This document shows positions 63,421-64,000 of a DNA stretch of 64,000 nucleotides, one piece after another. The translations under genes were made by a program, and so were the position numbers. The stretch is taken from contig CAVVLJ010000020.1 of the NCBI GenBank assembly GCA_963749075.1, forward strand, positions 672,001 to 736,000, read 5' to 3'. Every line of letters starts with the position of its first letter. Position 1 is the first letter of the stretch. The notes below the pieces were generated by a model that ran no database searches, was not told the origin of the DNA, and saw only the letters and a program-made list of their open reading frames with translations. The DNA is from an uncultured Pseudomonadota bacterium. GTDB taxonomy: Bacteria > Pseudomonadota > Alphaproteobacteria > JACZXZ01.

Positions 63421-64000
63421 ATGAGCTCGACCGACCGACTCCCCACCATCGCCGTCCTCGCGGGCGGCCTCGCCAAGCGCTTACGCCCGCTGAGCGAGAG
63501 CCTGCCCAAGGCGATGATCGAGGTGGCGGGCGAGCCTTTCATCGCCCACCAGCTGCGTCTCCTCCGCCGCGAGGGTGCTGCCGAGGTGGTGCTCTGCTTG
63601 GGCCATCTCGGCGAGCAGGTCGAGGCCTTCGTCGGCGACGGCAGCCGCTTCGGGCTCGAGGTGCGCTGCGCCTACGACGGCGAGCGCCTCCTCGGCACCG
63701 GCGGCGCGCTCCGCAAGGCCCTGCCGCTCCTCGGCCCGCACTTCATGATCCTCTACGGCGACAGCTACCTCGACCTCGCCTATGCACCGGTCGAGGAGGC
63801 CTTCGTTGCGAGCGGCCTCGACGGCCTCATGACGGTCTACCGCAACGAGGGCCGCTGGGACGCGAGCAACGTGGTGTTCGGGGAGGGACGCATCCTCTTC
63901 TACAGCAAAGAGGCGAAGCGTCCCGACATGCATCACATCGACTACGGCCTGGGTCTGCTCAAGGCCGAGGTGCTGCAGCGCTACGCGGAGGGCCAGAACT
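63421..64000 (+). CDS. Sugar-1-phosphate nucleotidyltransferase, HddC-like, 3'-truncated by window edge
   Basis: Translated by hand (absent from the ORF track): LAGGLAKRL.P....PK.MIEVAGEPF, LLGTGGAL, LYGDSY, IDYG. Confidence 0.85.
   Translation, partial: MSSTDRLPTIAVLAGGLAKRLRPLSESLPKAMIEVAGEPFIAHQLRLLRREGAAEVVLCLGHLGEQVEAFVGDGSRFGLEVRCAYDGERLLGTGGALRKALPLLGPHFMILYGDSYLDLAYAPVEEAFVASGLDGLMTVYRNEGRWDASNVVFGEGRILFYSKEAKRPDMHHIDYGLGLLKAEVLQRYAEGQN

Overview
High-GC alphaproteobacterial chromosome segment (Rhodospirillales-like by gene content; inference). It runs from housekeeping genes (USP, ribokinase, RES-Xre toxin-antitoxin pair, M20 amidohydrolase, Opp/Dpp ABC transporter, pyrE, enoyl-CoA hydratase) into a large interrupted hopanoid cluster (hpnM, two tandem hpnN, hpnA, ispH, hpnH, hpnG, shc, hpnE, hpnD, hpnB, hpnC), then a surface-polysaccharide locus with GDP-mannose and GDP-heptose pathway genes. 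The most notable element is a ~5 kb lower-GC island (about 17.5-22.5 kb) between the two hpnN paralogs. It encodes a compact ubiquitination-like system in two fused genes (coiled-coil-Ubl-E2 and JAB-E1). Both lack the canonical catalytic cysteines, like the oxyester-based Bub pathways. A divergent operon encodes RHH, GNAT, XRE-HTH and an IrrE/CapP-like peptidase, with operator palindromes in between. Eight genes carry single-base frameshifts, seven at or beside GANTC or GACGTC, which looks like methylation-linked read error rather than real pseudogenisation. No rRNA, tRNA, CRISPR array, integrase or transposase was recognised. All calls come from motif recognition by eye; no database search was run.
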